From positions 85,411 to 149,410 of the forward strand of contig CAKJZJ010000007.1 of the NCBI GenBank assembly GCA_918292005.1: 64,000 bases of DNA, written 5' to 3'. The DNA is from Clostridiales bacterium (GTDB lineage Bacteria; Bacillota; Clostridia; Christensenellales; UBA1242). A model generated the notes under the pieces. It was not told the DNA's origin, searched no databases, and worked only from the letters and a program-made list of their open reading frames with translations. Below, one piece after another: positions 1-7,938 of the stretch; within the stretch, counting starts at the first letter, position 1, and the number at the start of each line of letters is the position of its first letter. Position numbers and translations under genes: made by a program.

Positions 1-1524
1 TAATCCATATCTTTCAGTTCCTCTAGCTTTATTCTTTACCCATTTTTTAGCTATTTCTAAATTTCGTGTAATTTTAATAGGATATTGGTTTAAATTTAAT
101 AAAGTTTCATTTGCTTTTATAGGATTGTTGTCCAAAAGTTGTTTTACAAAAGCAGATACATTTTCGCTTCTAAATGAGCGAATTGATGTTGCTAAATGCA
201 ACTCTGTTTCAATATGTACGTTAAGCCCTTCTGTTAGTTCTTCAACTCTGCGTCCTCTTGTATATTCATCATCTGTAATCTTATTAGATACATATATATC
301 CCAATGACTAAAAGAACGCCTTAAAGAATCAAACCACTCAATTAATCCTGATTCACCAGTATTAATTTCTTGTCCGCCACCAATTAAGCAAACAATCACA
401 GCCCAATCTTTATGTCTATCTAATGTGCTAATCAAAAATTCCGGCTCGCTGTATTCAAAATCAAATACACCTTTCTTTCTTGACATAAAATTAGCAATTT
501 GTTCTTTTGTCCAAGCTCTTTGCGCTTCATCAAATATTGCTACTTTTTCTGTCGGGATGTCTTCATTTCCTACGTACGCATCTCTATAATGATGAATTAT
601 TTGAATAAAAGATTTTACTTTTCTTAACGCATCGCCTTTTGTTGTTTTACTTCTTTCTTTTTCGTTCCTTGCCAAAGCTTCTTGCAATACGTCAACAAGA
701 GGGAGGTTTCCAGATAAAAACACTGCGTGTTCGTTTTCTTCAAATTTGTGTCTTTCGTTTGCAATATTTATTCCTGCCAGTGTTTTACCTGCGCCAGGAA
801 CACCTGTAATAAAGCAAATTGACTTTTTATTATTCGCTTTCGAATATTCAATAATATCATTAATTTTTTGTGTTGTAACGCTTAAATTATATGCACCAGC
901 ATCAGAACGTGAAATTTCTTCTACGTTATGGTTAGAATACAAAGCTTGTGCAGCTTCAATAATTGTTGGTGTTGGCAAATATGTTGAATTTTCCCAATCG
1001 TCATAATTGAAACTATTTTCGTTGTAGTTTTCTAATATTTTTAAAATCGTTTCTTGTAAATTTTGAAAATTACATAAAAGTGGTTTTATGATTTTGTCTT
1101 CATAAGAAGAAATGTTGTTTTCTCTGCTAGTTGCTGCGCTACAAACTAATATTGGAACAATTAGTTTATCATGACTTTCTTTGTGAAAGTTTTTAAGGTC
1201 AAGAGCATAGTCTAAAACCTGGTCAATTTCATTTCTGTTATACGCTGTTTCTCCAACCTTAAATTCCAATAAGAAAACAATATTGTTTATAAGCAAAACG
1301 TTGTCTATACGTTTCCCAATACGAGGTATTGTATATTCAAATAATATTTTACTGTTTTTATCAAAACAATTTAAAATATCTTTTAATAGTTTAATTTCAT
1401 ATAGCCATGTATTTTTCTGTAAATCATTTAAATCAAATCCATTATTAGTTGCCAACGTTCCTAATATTTCAGTTGCGCTATCGTTAAAAAACTTTTCGAA
1501 ATTACTACTGTAAAAAGACCTCAT
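1..1524 (-). CDS. DUF2075-like nuclease / P-loop NTPase; 3' end lies beyond the window edge (absent from supplied ORF track)
   Basis: Own minus-strand translation. ATG at 1524-1522 is preceded by GGAGGAAG. N-terminus MRSFYSSNFEKFF. RIDNVLL..VFLLEFKVGE is a PD-(D/E)xK-like motif. Walker A ITGVPGAGKT is encoded at 781-810 and Walker B VAIFDEAQRAW at 511-543. The frame stays open to position 1. Confidence 0.75.
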   Translation of the reverse strand, partial: MRSFYSSNFEKFFNDSATEILGTLATNNGFDLNDLQKNTWLYEIKLLKDILNCFDKNSKILFEYTIPRIGKRIDNVLLINNIVFLLEFKVGETAYNRNEIDQVLDYALDLKNFHKESHDKLIVPILVCSAATSRENNISSYEDKIIKPLLCNFQNLQETILKILENYNENSFNYDDWENSTYLPTPTIIEAAQALYSNHNVEEISRSDAGAYNLSVTTQKINDIIEYSKANNKKSICFITGVPGAGKTLAGINIANERHKFEENEHAVFLSGNLPLVDVLQEALARNEKERSKTTKGDALRKVKSFIQIIHHYRDAYVGNEDIPTEKVAIFDEAQRAWTKEQIANFMSRKKGVFDFEYSEPEFLISTLDRHKDWAVIVCLIGGGQEINTGESGLIEWFDSLRRSFSHWDIYVSNKITDDEYTRGRRVEELTEGLNVHIETELHLATSIRSFRSENVSAFVKQLLDNNPIKANETLLNLNQYPIKITRNLEIAKKWVKNKARGTERYGL

Positions 1525-1670
1525 TACACTTCCTCCATTAGTTTATTAATAATTGGTTTATCTGCTGGCGCCCAATCTAAAGTATTTATCTCATCATTTC
1601 GTAACCATTTATAATCTTTGTGTACCAATAATTCAATATTATCTGTTTGTGTATTACAAAGATAAGTCAA
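1524..1670 (-). pseudogene. C-terminal fragment of a NUDIX (MutT-like) hydrolase, N-terminus missing
   Basis: Minus-strand frame reads LTYLCNTQTDNIELLVHKDYKWLRNDEINTLDWAPADKPIINKLMEEV*. This resembles the C-terminal tail of MutT-type proteins (compare HEDATWVDKNTIDTLAWLPADIGIIPDI in the intact NUDIX at 21335-21736). Its stop overlaps the DUF2075 start (TAATG). There is no start codon, and the frame closes at a TGA inside the tRNA-like relic. Confidence 0.55.
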
Positions 1671-1674
1671 TATT

Positions 1675-1703
1675 GCAGGTTCGAGTCCTGCTGGGGGTCA
1701 CCA
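1675..1703 (+). other. tRNA 3'-end relic (T-arm, acceptor strand, CCA), probable att-site remnant
   Basis: GCAGG-TTCGAGT-CCTGC forms a perfect T-arm, followed by TGGGGGTCACCA. No complementary 5' acceptor strand lies upstream. There is one extra nucleotide before CCA. Confidence 0.55.
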
Positions 1704-1766
1704 TAACTATATTTAGCGATTTTTTGTTGTTTAATACAGGAAAAGACAGTTTGAATTTAACTGCCT

Positions 1767-4247
1767 TTAAGAATTTATTATAAATGCTGATTTTTTAGCA
1801 TTTTCATACAGAATATACAGGTTGTGTTTAGCCCTTGTTAAAGCTACATAATACAATCTCTCTTCATCTTCAATAGTGTCTAAAGTGGTGTGACCAAATA
1901 TTTCAAACAAATCATTATTAGAATTAAAAACCGGAAAAACACTTTCGTTGACATTCAATATTATAACCACATCTGCTTCTTCACCCTTTGCTTTATGTAC
2001 GGTCTTCATAAATACGTATTTGTTATATTCGTCTATTGAAACAAACTCTGAACATATTTTTCTAAGAGTTAAATTAAATTCATCTAATTCTTTACCAAGT
2101 ATTTGATTGCTACGGTTTAATATCATAATTTTTTCATTTTGATGTTTCTTTATTATATCAGCACACATTTTCAGGTATTTTGCTTTTTCTATTTTGTGGG
2201 GTTCTTCGTCTGTCAAATATTTTAAATAAACATTATTAACATCATCAAATTTACCTATGTATGTGTTTTGGACATCAATTTCTTTGCTTTCGCCTTTGTT
2301 AATTACTATTCCATTTGGTTTTGGACCTGTAAAGCCGCATTTGCTCATAAATTGATTTGCGAACCAGACTATGTGTTTTTCGCTCCTATAGTTATTCTTG
2401 ATACTCAACAAATTTGTATTTGAATATCTAACAGCAAAATTTGTGTAGTATTTTAAATCTGATCCAGCGAATCTATTTATTGCCTGCCAATCATCTCCGA
2501 CACAAAACAACTTGATATTATTGTTTCTATCTATTATTGAATCAATTAAATAATCAAATAATCTGCTGAAGTCCTGGTATTCATCTATAAGAATCCATTT
2601 TAAATTTTTTATTTTGTCATCCAGTTTTTTATCTTTTATTGCTTTACAGCATTCAAATATTATTTGATTAAAATCATATGCATAATCATTGTATGGTGTG
2701 TAATCGCCAGTATTGTCTGTTTTTGATAAAATTTCAATATACTTTTTATATACTATAAATCCTAATCTATAATACATTTTTGTTCTTTCGTCAGTTATAT
2801 CTTTTGCTTTTTCCACAAAAAGTTCAATGTTATCAAAGTAATTTTGTTGTAGTTTGTTTATAAACTGATCAATTAGTATTGTAAAACCATCTATACTTTT
2901 TGACCACACCTTGTCAATTAAAATATTGTCTGGCAGTTTATTTGCAAAAACATTATGATTATTTAATACGTGTTGTATTTTATCTTCAATAAGTTCGCGG
3001 CTGTCATCAGAGAGGTCTTTATGTGTAGTTTCTATTAATAATTTAACCTCTTTTATAGCTGTATTATATTTGTTAATATTAGCAAGTTTTTCTCTCCATG
3101 CTTTATTCCAAAATTTTTGTTTCCATTCTTTTTTATCAATATACTCTTGATATGGGCAAACAATTTTTGTAAATTCATCTTTTTCTTGTTGGTTTTCTGT
3201 TCCATCAACAGCCCAATGTTCCCAAACAATATTGTATTTTGGTAAATAAAAATCCGGCACAGTTTCTTTAAATTGATCTAAGAATTTAATGCATCTTTCC
3301 AGCTCGCTTTTTGTGAAATTTGCTTTTTCTAGACTAATTTTATACGGGTAATAGCTTTTTTCATATACATAATCTATACCATGTTCAAACAAATAGTCGG
3401 CTATATATTTTTCAATTTTTGATTTTACTTTTTCACCATTTAATGTAATATACTCACAATTTCTAATGTATTTATAGTATGATTCTGTGTCTACGAAATT
3501 TTTTCTATCTATTCTTAGTGTTGCTGCTCTAAAAAATTGATACATATTTCTTGCGAAATCTTGATTGGAAGTTCTCAAATCATTTATTATAAGTTTTAAC
3601 AACTTTGTTCTATCCGTTAATATTTTATTACCTATGTCAATTGACTGTTTAGAAAAAGAGTGGAAAGTTTTTGCAACATCAAAATCTTTGTATTTTAACT
3701 CATGATTGATTTCACATTTATTGTTTAATCTGTCGTTTATTTCTACACTAGCATCGTGGTTAAAGCAAAATGCTAAAACATTGTTGTCTTTTATTTTTTC
3801 TTTTTCAAACAAATAAATGAGTTTTCCAATTATGGTTCTTGTTTTACCAGAGCCGGCACGCGCTGTTGTTAATGAGTTTTGGGTAGATAATATGGCATTT
3901 AGTTGTTCATCATCAAAATAAAATGGTTGATTTTCATATAGCACATTATCAATGAAGAATTTACGTAGACTGCTTCTTTGTTCTTTTAATGGATCAATTT
4001 TAATTTGTGGCTCACTTATGGTTTTTTGTTTGTAGTTCGGAATTATTATTTTCCCATTTGTTATTGCATATTCTGCCATCCATAAGACTGGGCGTCCGAA
4101 CTTTGTAATTGTTTTGCCAGTTTTTTTATCTTTAGCATTAAAGTATGTTCCGTTATGATCAGAATGAACATTGTATAGAATAATTTCTTGCATGGTTTTA
4201 CCACCAGTATATATGGCACTCATTCCATCTTCTAGTTCTGTGTTCAT
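1767..4247 (-). CDS. UvrD/Rep-family SF1A helicase, helicase IV (HelD)-like, with an internal nuclease-like insert
   Basis: Motif I ARAGSGKTRT, motif II ILIDEYQDF, motif III VGDDWQAINRFAGS, NYRS, VHKAKGEEADVVII, YVALTRAKHNLYI. The insert reads KYIADYLFEHGIDYVYEKSY...VPDFYLPKYNIVWEHWA, as in helicase IV-type proteins. SD TAGGAGAAC precedes the ATG. Confidence 0.8.
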   Translation of the reverse strand: MNTELEDGMSAIYTGGKTMQEIILYNVHSDHNGTYFNAKDKKTGKTITKFGRPVLWMAEYAITNGKIIIPNYKQKTISEPQIKIDPLKEQRSSLRKFFIDNVLYENQPFYFDDEQLNAILSTQNSLTTARAGSGKTRTIIGKLIYLFEKEKIKDNNVLAFCFNHDASVEINDRLNNKCEINHELKYKDFDVAKTFHSFSKQSIDIGNKILTDRTKLLKLIINDLRTSNQDFARNMYQFFRAATLRIDRKNFVDTESYYKYIRNCEYITLNGEKVKSKIEKYIADYLFEHGIDYVYEKSYYPYKISLEKANFTKSELERCIKFLDQFKETVPDFYLPKYNIVWEHWAVDGTENQQEKDEFTKIVCPYQEYIDKKEWKQKFWNKAWREKLANINKYNTAIKEVKLLIETTHKDLSDDSRELIEDKIQHVLNNHNVFANKLPDNILIDKVWSKSIDGFTILIDQFINKLQQNYFDNIELFVEKAKDITDERTKMYYRLGFIVYKKYIEILSKTDNTGDYTPYNDYAYDFNQIIFECCKAIKDKKLDDKIKNLKWILIDEYQDFSRLFDYLIDSIIDRNNNIKLFCVGDDWQAINRFAGSDLKYYTNFAVRYSNTNLLSIKNNYRSEKHIVWFANQFMSKCGFTGPKPNGIVINKGESKEIDVQNTYIGKFDDVNNVYLKYLTDEEPHKIEKAKYLKMCADIIKKHQNEKIMILNRSNQILGKELDEFNLTLRKICSEFVSIDEYNKYVFMKTVHKAKGEEADVVIILNVNESVFPVFNSNNDLFEIFGHTTLDTIEDEERLYYVALTRAKHNLYILYENAKKSAFIINS

Positions 4248-4420
4248 TAGTTCTCCTAAATATTTATTACTTCAATTATATCTTATTTTAGTTCATTTGT
4301 ATATGCATTAAGACTAAATGTTGTTAATTTCTAAGCACTCGGAAGAGTGTTGTTTTGATATGACTTTATTTTTTATTGTGTTATAATGAAAATACATTAA
4401 AAATTTTCAGGGGTGCGATA

Positions 4421-4638
4421 GTGAAAAAGTGTCCTAAGATTGTTAGGGGAATTAAGAACAAAATGAAATGGTTGTATATAGTTCTGAAGAACTAAGAGAA
4501 AAGATAAAGCAAATTGGAACATTCGAAAGGTTCAATGGGGGAATATTCAAACAACTAGTAGAAAAGATACTAGTAGATGGAAACAAAGCAACATCTGTAT
4601 TCAATGATATGATAAAAGAAACAAAAATAGTAAAATAA
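4421..4638 (+). pseudogene. Frameshifted C-terminal remnant of a large serine recombinase
   Basis: Two short frames are present. The last reads YSSEELREKIKQIGTFERFNGGIFKQLVEKILVDGNKATSVFNDMIKETKIVK*, which resembles the extreme C-terminus of large serine recombinases. No catalytic domain is present. Confidence 0.4.
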
Positions 4639-4646
4639 AATTAATA

Positions 4647-4680
4647 ACCACTTATCATGAAAGATAGGTGGTCTTTTTTT
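4647..4680 (+). terminator. Intrinsic terminator after the recombinase remnant
   Basis: ACCACTTATC / GATAGGTGGT stem (one G-U pair) followed by a T-run. Confidence 0.6.
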
Positions 4681-4690
4681 GTTCTGCCAA

Positions 4691-4720
4691 CTTGACAATG
4701 GGGTTATATTATGTTATAAT
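4691..4720 (+). promoter_or_regulatory. Promoter P1 (TTGACA, 18 nt, TGT-TATAAT)
   Basis: Consensus -35 at 4691-4696. Extended -10 TGTTATAAT at 4712-4720. Confidence 0.6.
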
Positions 4721-4726
4721 AAACAT

Positions 4727-4825
4727 GTACGAATAAATGAATTGGAGTGTTAATCCCTTTCGTACAAATTTGGGTGGAGCTCTCCGAACTGGACTAGTTA
4801 ATAGTTCAGTTTTTTTATTTTTTTT
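4727..4825 (+). ncRNA. Predicted short transcript 1 (~100 nt), function unknown
   Basis: Starts ~7 nt after the P1 -10 with GTACGAA, which pairs with TTCGTAC (4759-4765). Ends in T7-A-T8 (4810-4825). No SD or credible ORF. Confidence 0.4.
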
Positions 4826-4836
4826 GACAAAACCAC

Positions 4837-4866
4837 TTGACAAACAATTTTTCACTATGTTATAGT
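4837..4866 (+). promoter_or_regulatory. Promoter P2 (TTGACA, 18 nt, TGT-TATAGT)
   Basis: Same architecture as P1. -35 at 4837-4842, extended -10 at 4858-4866. A second TTGACA sits at 4824-4829. Confidence 0.55.
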
Positions 4867-4872
4867 ACAGGC

Positions 4873-4945
4873 GTACGAAAGGGATCTAATTCATTTAGAT
4901 TGACACTCCAAAAAGGTCATGCAAATGGTCTGAGTAGGGTTTTTT
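4873..4945 (+). ncRNA. Predicted short transcript 2, or 5' leader of the downstream operon
   Basis: Begins GTACGAAAGGG. Hairpin ATCTAA-TTCAT-TTAGAT at 4884-4900. GGTCAT-GCAA-ATGGTC hairpin at 4915-4930, then T6 at 4940-4945. Confidence 0.35.
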
Positions 4946-5068
4946 CTGATACAGTTAAGTATCAACACTTGAGAAGGATTTTAACTTAATAATAATTAAT
5001 GCGCAGGTTAGAATTAGGTATTTTTTGCGTGGCTCTATAAAAATTTATATTTTTAAGGAGTTTTATTT

Positions 5069-5416
5069 ATGGCAAATTTTATTTATTCAAGAACAACAGA
5101 CAAAGACAAACAAACATTTTATTTGGTTAGCCAGGACAGAGAGTACTATCTTTTTACACAAAAATTTAGAAGAGGTGTAAAGGAATACTTTCATAACAAA
5201 GTTTTATTGAGAGATGCATTAGATGTATCTAAGAGTCGAAGAGATACAGCATTAATTAGAACAATGACCAAATTTCCTATGTATATAAGGTATATAGAGA
5301 AAGAATATGGTATTACGGTTCTAGAATCAACATTAAAGAAGCAATCTAAAACGAGAAACAACCCATGTGGCAGGTATGGGTTAATAAATGATTCTTGTGA
5401 TTATGCGGTTGCGTAA
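5069..5416 (+). CDS. Small basic protein (115 aa), no recognisable motif; first gene of the four-gene operon
   Basis: ORF with SD AAGGAG 8 nt upstream. K/R-rich. 11-nt gap to the next gene. Confidence 0.7.
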   Translation: MANFIYSRTTDKDKQTFYLVSQDREYYLFTQKFRRGVKEYFHNKVLLRDALDVSKSRRDTALIRTMTKFPMYIRYIEKEYGITVLESTLKKQSKTRNNPCGRYGLINDSCDYAVA

Positions 5417-5427
5417 AAGGAGTTAAA

Positions 5428-7938
5428 ATGAAAAATTTCAAATTAGGGTTTTATCCAGACATAAAAAATAAAGAGATGTTAGATTTGGTAAATGATGGCG
5501 AAGGTCATGATGTTTTATTATCAACTAATAGACTTAATATTGAATTCGATAATAGAGATCAAAGGCTTGTAAAAACAATAAAAGAAGTCAAACTTATTTA
5601 TGAATTAGAAGATAAAGGCTGTCTTATATTGCTCGGAAATTTGGGCTGTGATTTTCGACAACCAATGGGTGGTATGTTCTTTTGTAAAAGGGTATACATT
5701 GACCAAAATGTTGACTATCATGCAATAAAAGGCGTTGAAATGAATATCTGTTTTTCAAATTATCCACTTAGTATTGAAAGCACACAATCAGTACTTGCTA
5801 GATTAGTAGCAGATGAAAACTTTGAGTTTAACTTGTCTCAATTCGATGAGTTTATGGATATTTTCACATTTTATAAGAAATTATCTAGTGAATTAAACAA
5901 TAATACAGCATTTTCAATTAGGTCAATTTCAGATTCTTACTATTATGTTCCTGTAGACGTGAAAGACATTGACATTGATGAAGCAAACCAAATAACAAAC
6001 CTTAATGGAATTGTGACTGGTTATAAGATTGAAAGATATAAATACGACATGCTTTCAAGTGAAAACCAGGATAAAGTAAGAGAATTGGTTGATATAAAAA
6101 TAGAGGTGGGAGAAGAAGATGGAGATGCAGATAGAGCCATAAAAAAGGTAAAGAAATTTGCTGACAATCTATATCTTACACCAACTCAAGAAATTGATGA
6201 GAATATGACAAGAAATCTTGTTGGTTTTGATTTGGTCAATATTCAAAAAGATAAAACTGATGTGGTAGTATCTGGAGAAGCCAGTCTAAGAAAAGATGAA
6301 AAGTATAATTATTTAAACCTATATGATATGGGGCAGAAAGTAAAACTTGAATCAATAGATAATTCTTTAAGATTAATAAAGCAAGGTGCAGCAGGTTCGG
6401 CATGTGAATTGTTAGAATACATCATAGGCTCTAAACAAATGCCATCTAATAATTCAGCAAGACAAGATGGAGATAATAAAGATAATTATATAGAAAACTT
6501 GGATGAATCACAAAAGAAAGCATTCTTAATGGCAACAGATGGTTCACCAGTAAGTCTTATTAAAGGCCCACCAGGAACAGGAAAAACCTATGTAATCAAT
6601 GCAATTGTGCAATATATTACAAAGGAATTAAAACAAAAAGTTGTTATTTCTTCTCAAACACACGTTGCGATTGACAATGTCCTTGATGAGTTAATGGAGA
6701 ACTATGACCTTATTATTCCTAACAGAATAACAAATCGTAGAAACCGTTATTCAGGAGAGGAAATTGACTCAACATTGTATAAAACCTGGGCAAAGAAATT
6801 CGAAAGCCACAATCAAAGAGCAACTGATAAAAAGTTGGCAAAAGCCATTTTGGGAGATATGAGCAACTTTACAGGTAGTCAATTGTTTAGATTCTCTCAA
6901 GATACAACATTAGCAGATTACTCAGTTCTTGGAGCAACAACAACAACGAGTGCAATAGGTGGAAAAAAAGGACTTGAATTGCTAGAAGGATATGATTGGC
7001 TTATTATTGATGAAGTTTCAAAATGTCCTATAACAGAAGTATTAAGATATTTGCCTTATGTTGATAAGATAATAATGGTGGGAGATGACTTCCAGCTAGC
7101 ACCATTATTGGAATTTACTAAGGCAGATGTTGAAGGGTTACCATCATATGATGAAGATAAGTTTAACAAACTAGAATCAATCTATGAAAAATCAGTTTTT
7201 GCAAACACGCTAGAAAAAGCGAGGGAAGCTGGCAGAATGATTGAATTGAATGTTAACTATCGTTCAGTAAAAGCAGTTTTGAATGCTTATAACATTTTCT
7301 ATGATGGCAGATTGCAGAACATGAGAGAAATTGTAAAACCTACAAAAGTTCAATTTAATGATTTCAAAAAATATGAAGATAAAGATATTTTCTTTGTAGA
7401 AGTTAAGAATGGAAAAGAAGCTAAAGATGGAACATCAAGATACAATATTGAAGAGTTGGAAGCAACGGCTGACATATTGAAAGATTTGATGAAGACAGTA
7501 GAAAATCCAATTGGGGTAACGGTTTCAGCAATATTCCCATATGCGGCACAAATTGAAAAATTCCAAAAGAAATATAAAGAACTTATCAATGATGCTAAGA
7601 AACACTTTAAAAGTTTTGAAATTGATACAGTGGATGCATTCCAAGGGAAAGAAACAGACATTGTCTTAGTTAATACTGTTGTGACTATGGAAAAAGGGAA
7701 CTTCTTGAGTGAGTTTAGAAGAATCAATGTCTCAATGTCTAGAGCGAGAGATAAGTTGTTTATCTTTGGAAACTCAATAACATTAAGCAAAATTGAAATG
7801 AGAATCAATGGTGGAAATAAGAGAACTTATTTCAGAGAAATAATTGATGATATAAGAAGATTTGGCAAGATGATTGAATATAATGGAGGGTTAGAGTATG
7901 GTTCAAATAAATCTGAAATTAAGCTTAAGAAAGATTAA
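5428..7938 (+). CDS. SF1B Upf1/DNA2-like helicase (AAA_11/AAA_12 type) with a ~370-aa unassigned N-terminal region
   Basis: LIKGPPGTGKTYV, LIIDEVSKC, MVGDDFQLAPL, NYRS, VDAFQGKETDIVLV, NVSMSRARDKLFIFG. SD AAAGGAG upstream. Confidence 0.85.
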   Translation: MKNFKLGFYPDIKNKEMLDLVNDGEGHDVLLSTNRLNIEFDNRDQRLVKTIKEVKLIYELEDKGCLILLGNLGCDFRQPMGGMFFCKRVYIDQNVDYHAIKGVEMNICFSNYPLSIESTQSVLARLVADENFEFNLSQFDEFMDIFTFYKKLSSELNNNTAFSIRSISDSYYYVPVDVKDIDIDEANQITNLNGIVTGYKIERYKYDMLSSENQDKVRELVDIKIEVGEEDGDADRAIKKVKKFADNLYLTPTQEIDENMTRNLVGFDLVNIQKDKTDVVVSGEASLRKDEKYNYLNLYDMGQKVKLESIDNSLRLIKQGAAGSACELLEYIIGSKQMPSNNSARQDGDNKDNYIENLDESQKKAFLMATDGSPVSLIKGPPGTGKTYVINAIVQYITKELKQKVVISSQTHVAIDNVLDELMENYDLIIPNRITNRRNRYSGEEIDSTLYKTWAKKFESHNQRATDKKLAKAILGDMSNFTGSQLFRFSQDTTLADYSVLGATTTTSAIGGKKGLELLEGYDWLIIDEVSKCPITEVLRYLPYVDKIIMVGDDFQLAPLLEFTKADVEGLPSYDEDKFNKLESIYEKSVFANTLEKAREAGRMIELNVNYRSVKAVLNAYNIFYDGRLQNMREIVKPTKVQFNDFKKYEDKDIFFVEVKNGKEAKDGTSRYNIEELEATADILKDLMKTVENPIGVTVSAIFPYAAQIEKFQKKYKELINDAKKHFKSFEIDTVDAFQGKETDIVLVNTVVTMEKGNFLSEFRRINVSMSRARDKLFIFGNSITLSKIEMRINGGNKRTYFREIIDDIRRFGKMIEYNGGLEYGSNKSEIKLKKD

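Noticed and set aside
1675-1703. Functional tRNA genes at 1675-1703, 10471-10509 and 18371-18419.
   Set aside because: Each lacks a 5' acceptor strand, a D-arm and a convincing anticodon arm within the preceding ~80 nt. They are 3' fragments only.
1553-1783. 76-aa + strand ORF spanning the tRNA-like relic.
   Set aside because: It runs through a NUDIX pseudogene on the other strand and through the tRNA relic. It has no SD and an implausible sequence.
4738-4866. 42-codon ORF (MNWSVNPFRTNLGG...) inside predicted RNA unit 1, considered as a possible type I toxin.
   Set aside because: It has no ribosome-binding site. Its hydrophobic part is simply the translated T-run terminator, and it reads through promoter P2.
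4686-4950. Retron msr/msd, type III toxin-antitoxin RNA repeats, or a CRISPR-like array as explanations for the repeats.
   Set aside because: There is no reverse transcriptase nearby. The repeats are inverted and permuted rather than direct and tandem, and only two units are present.
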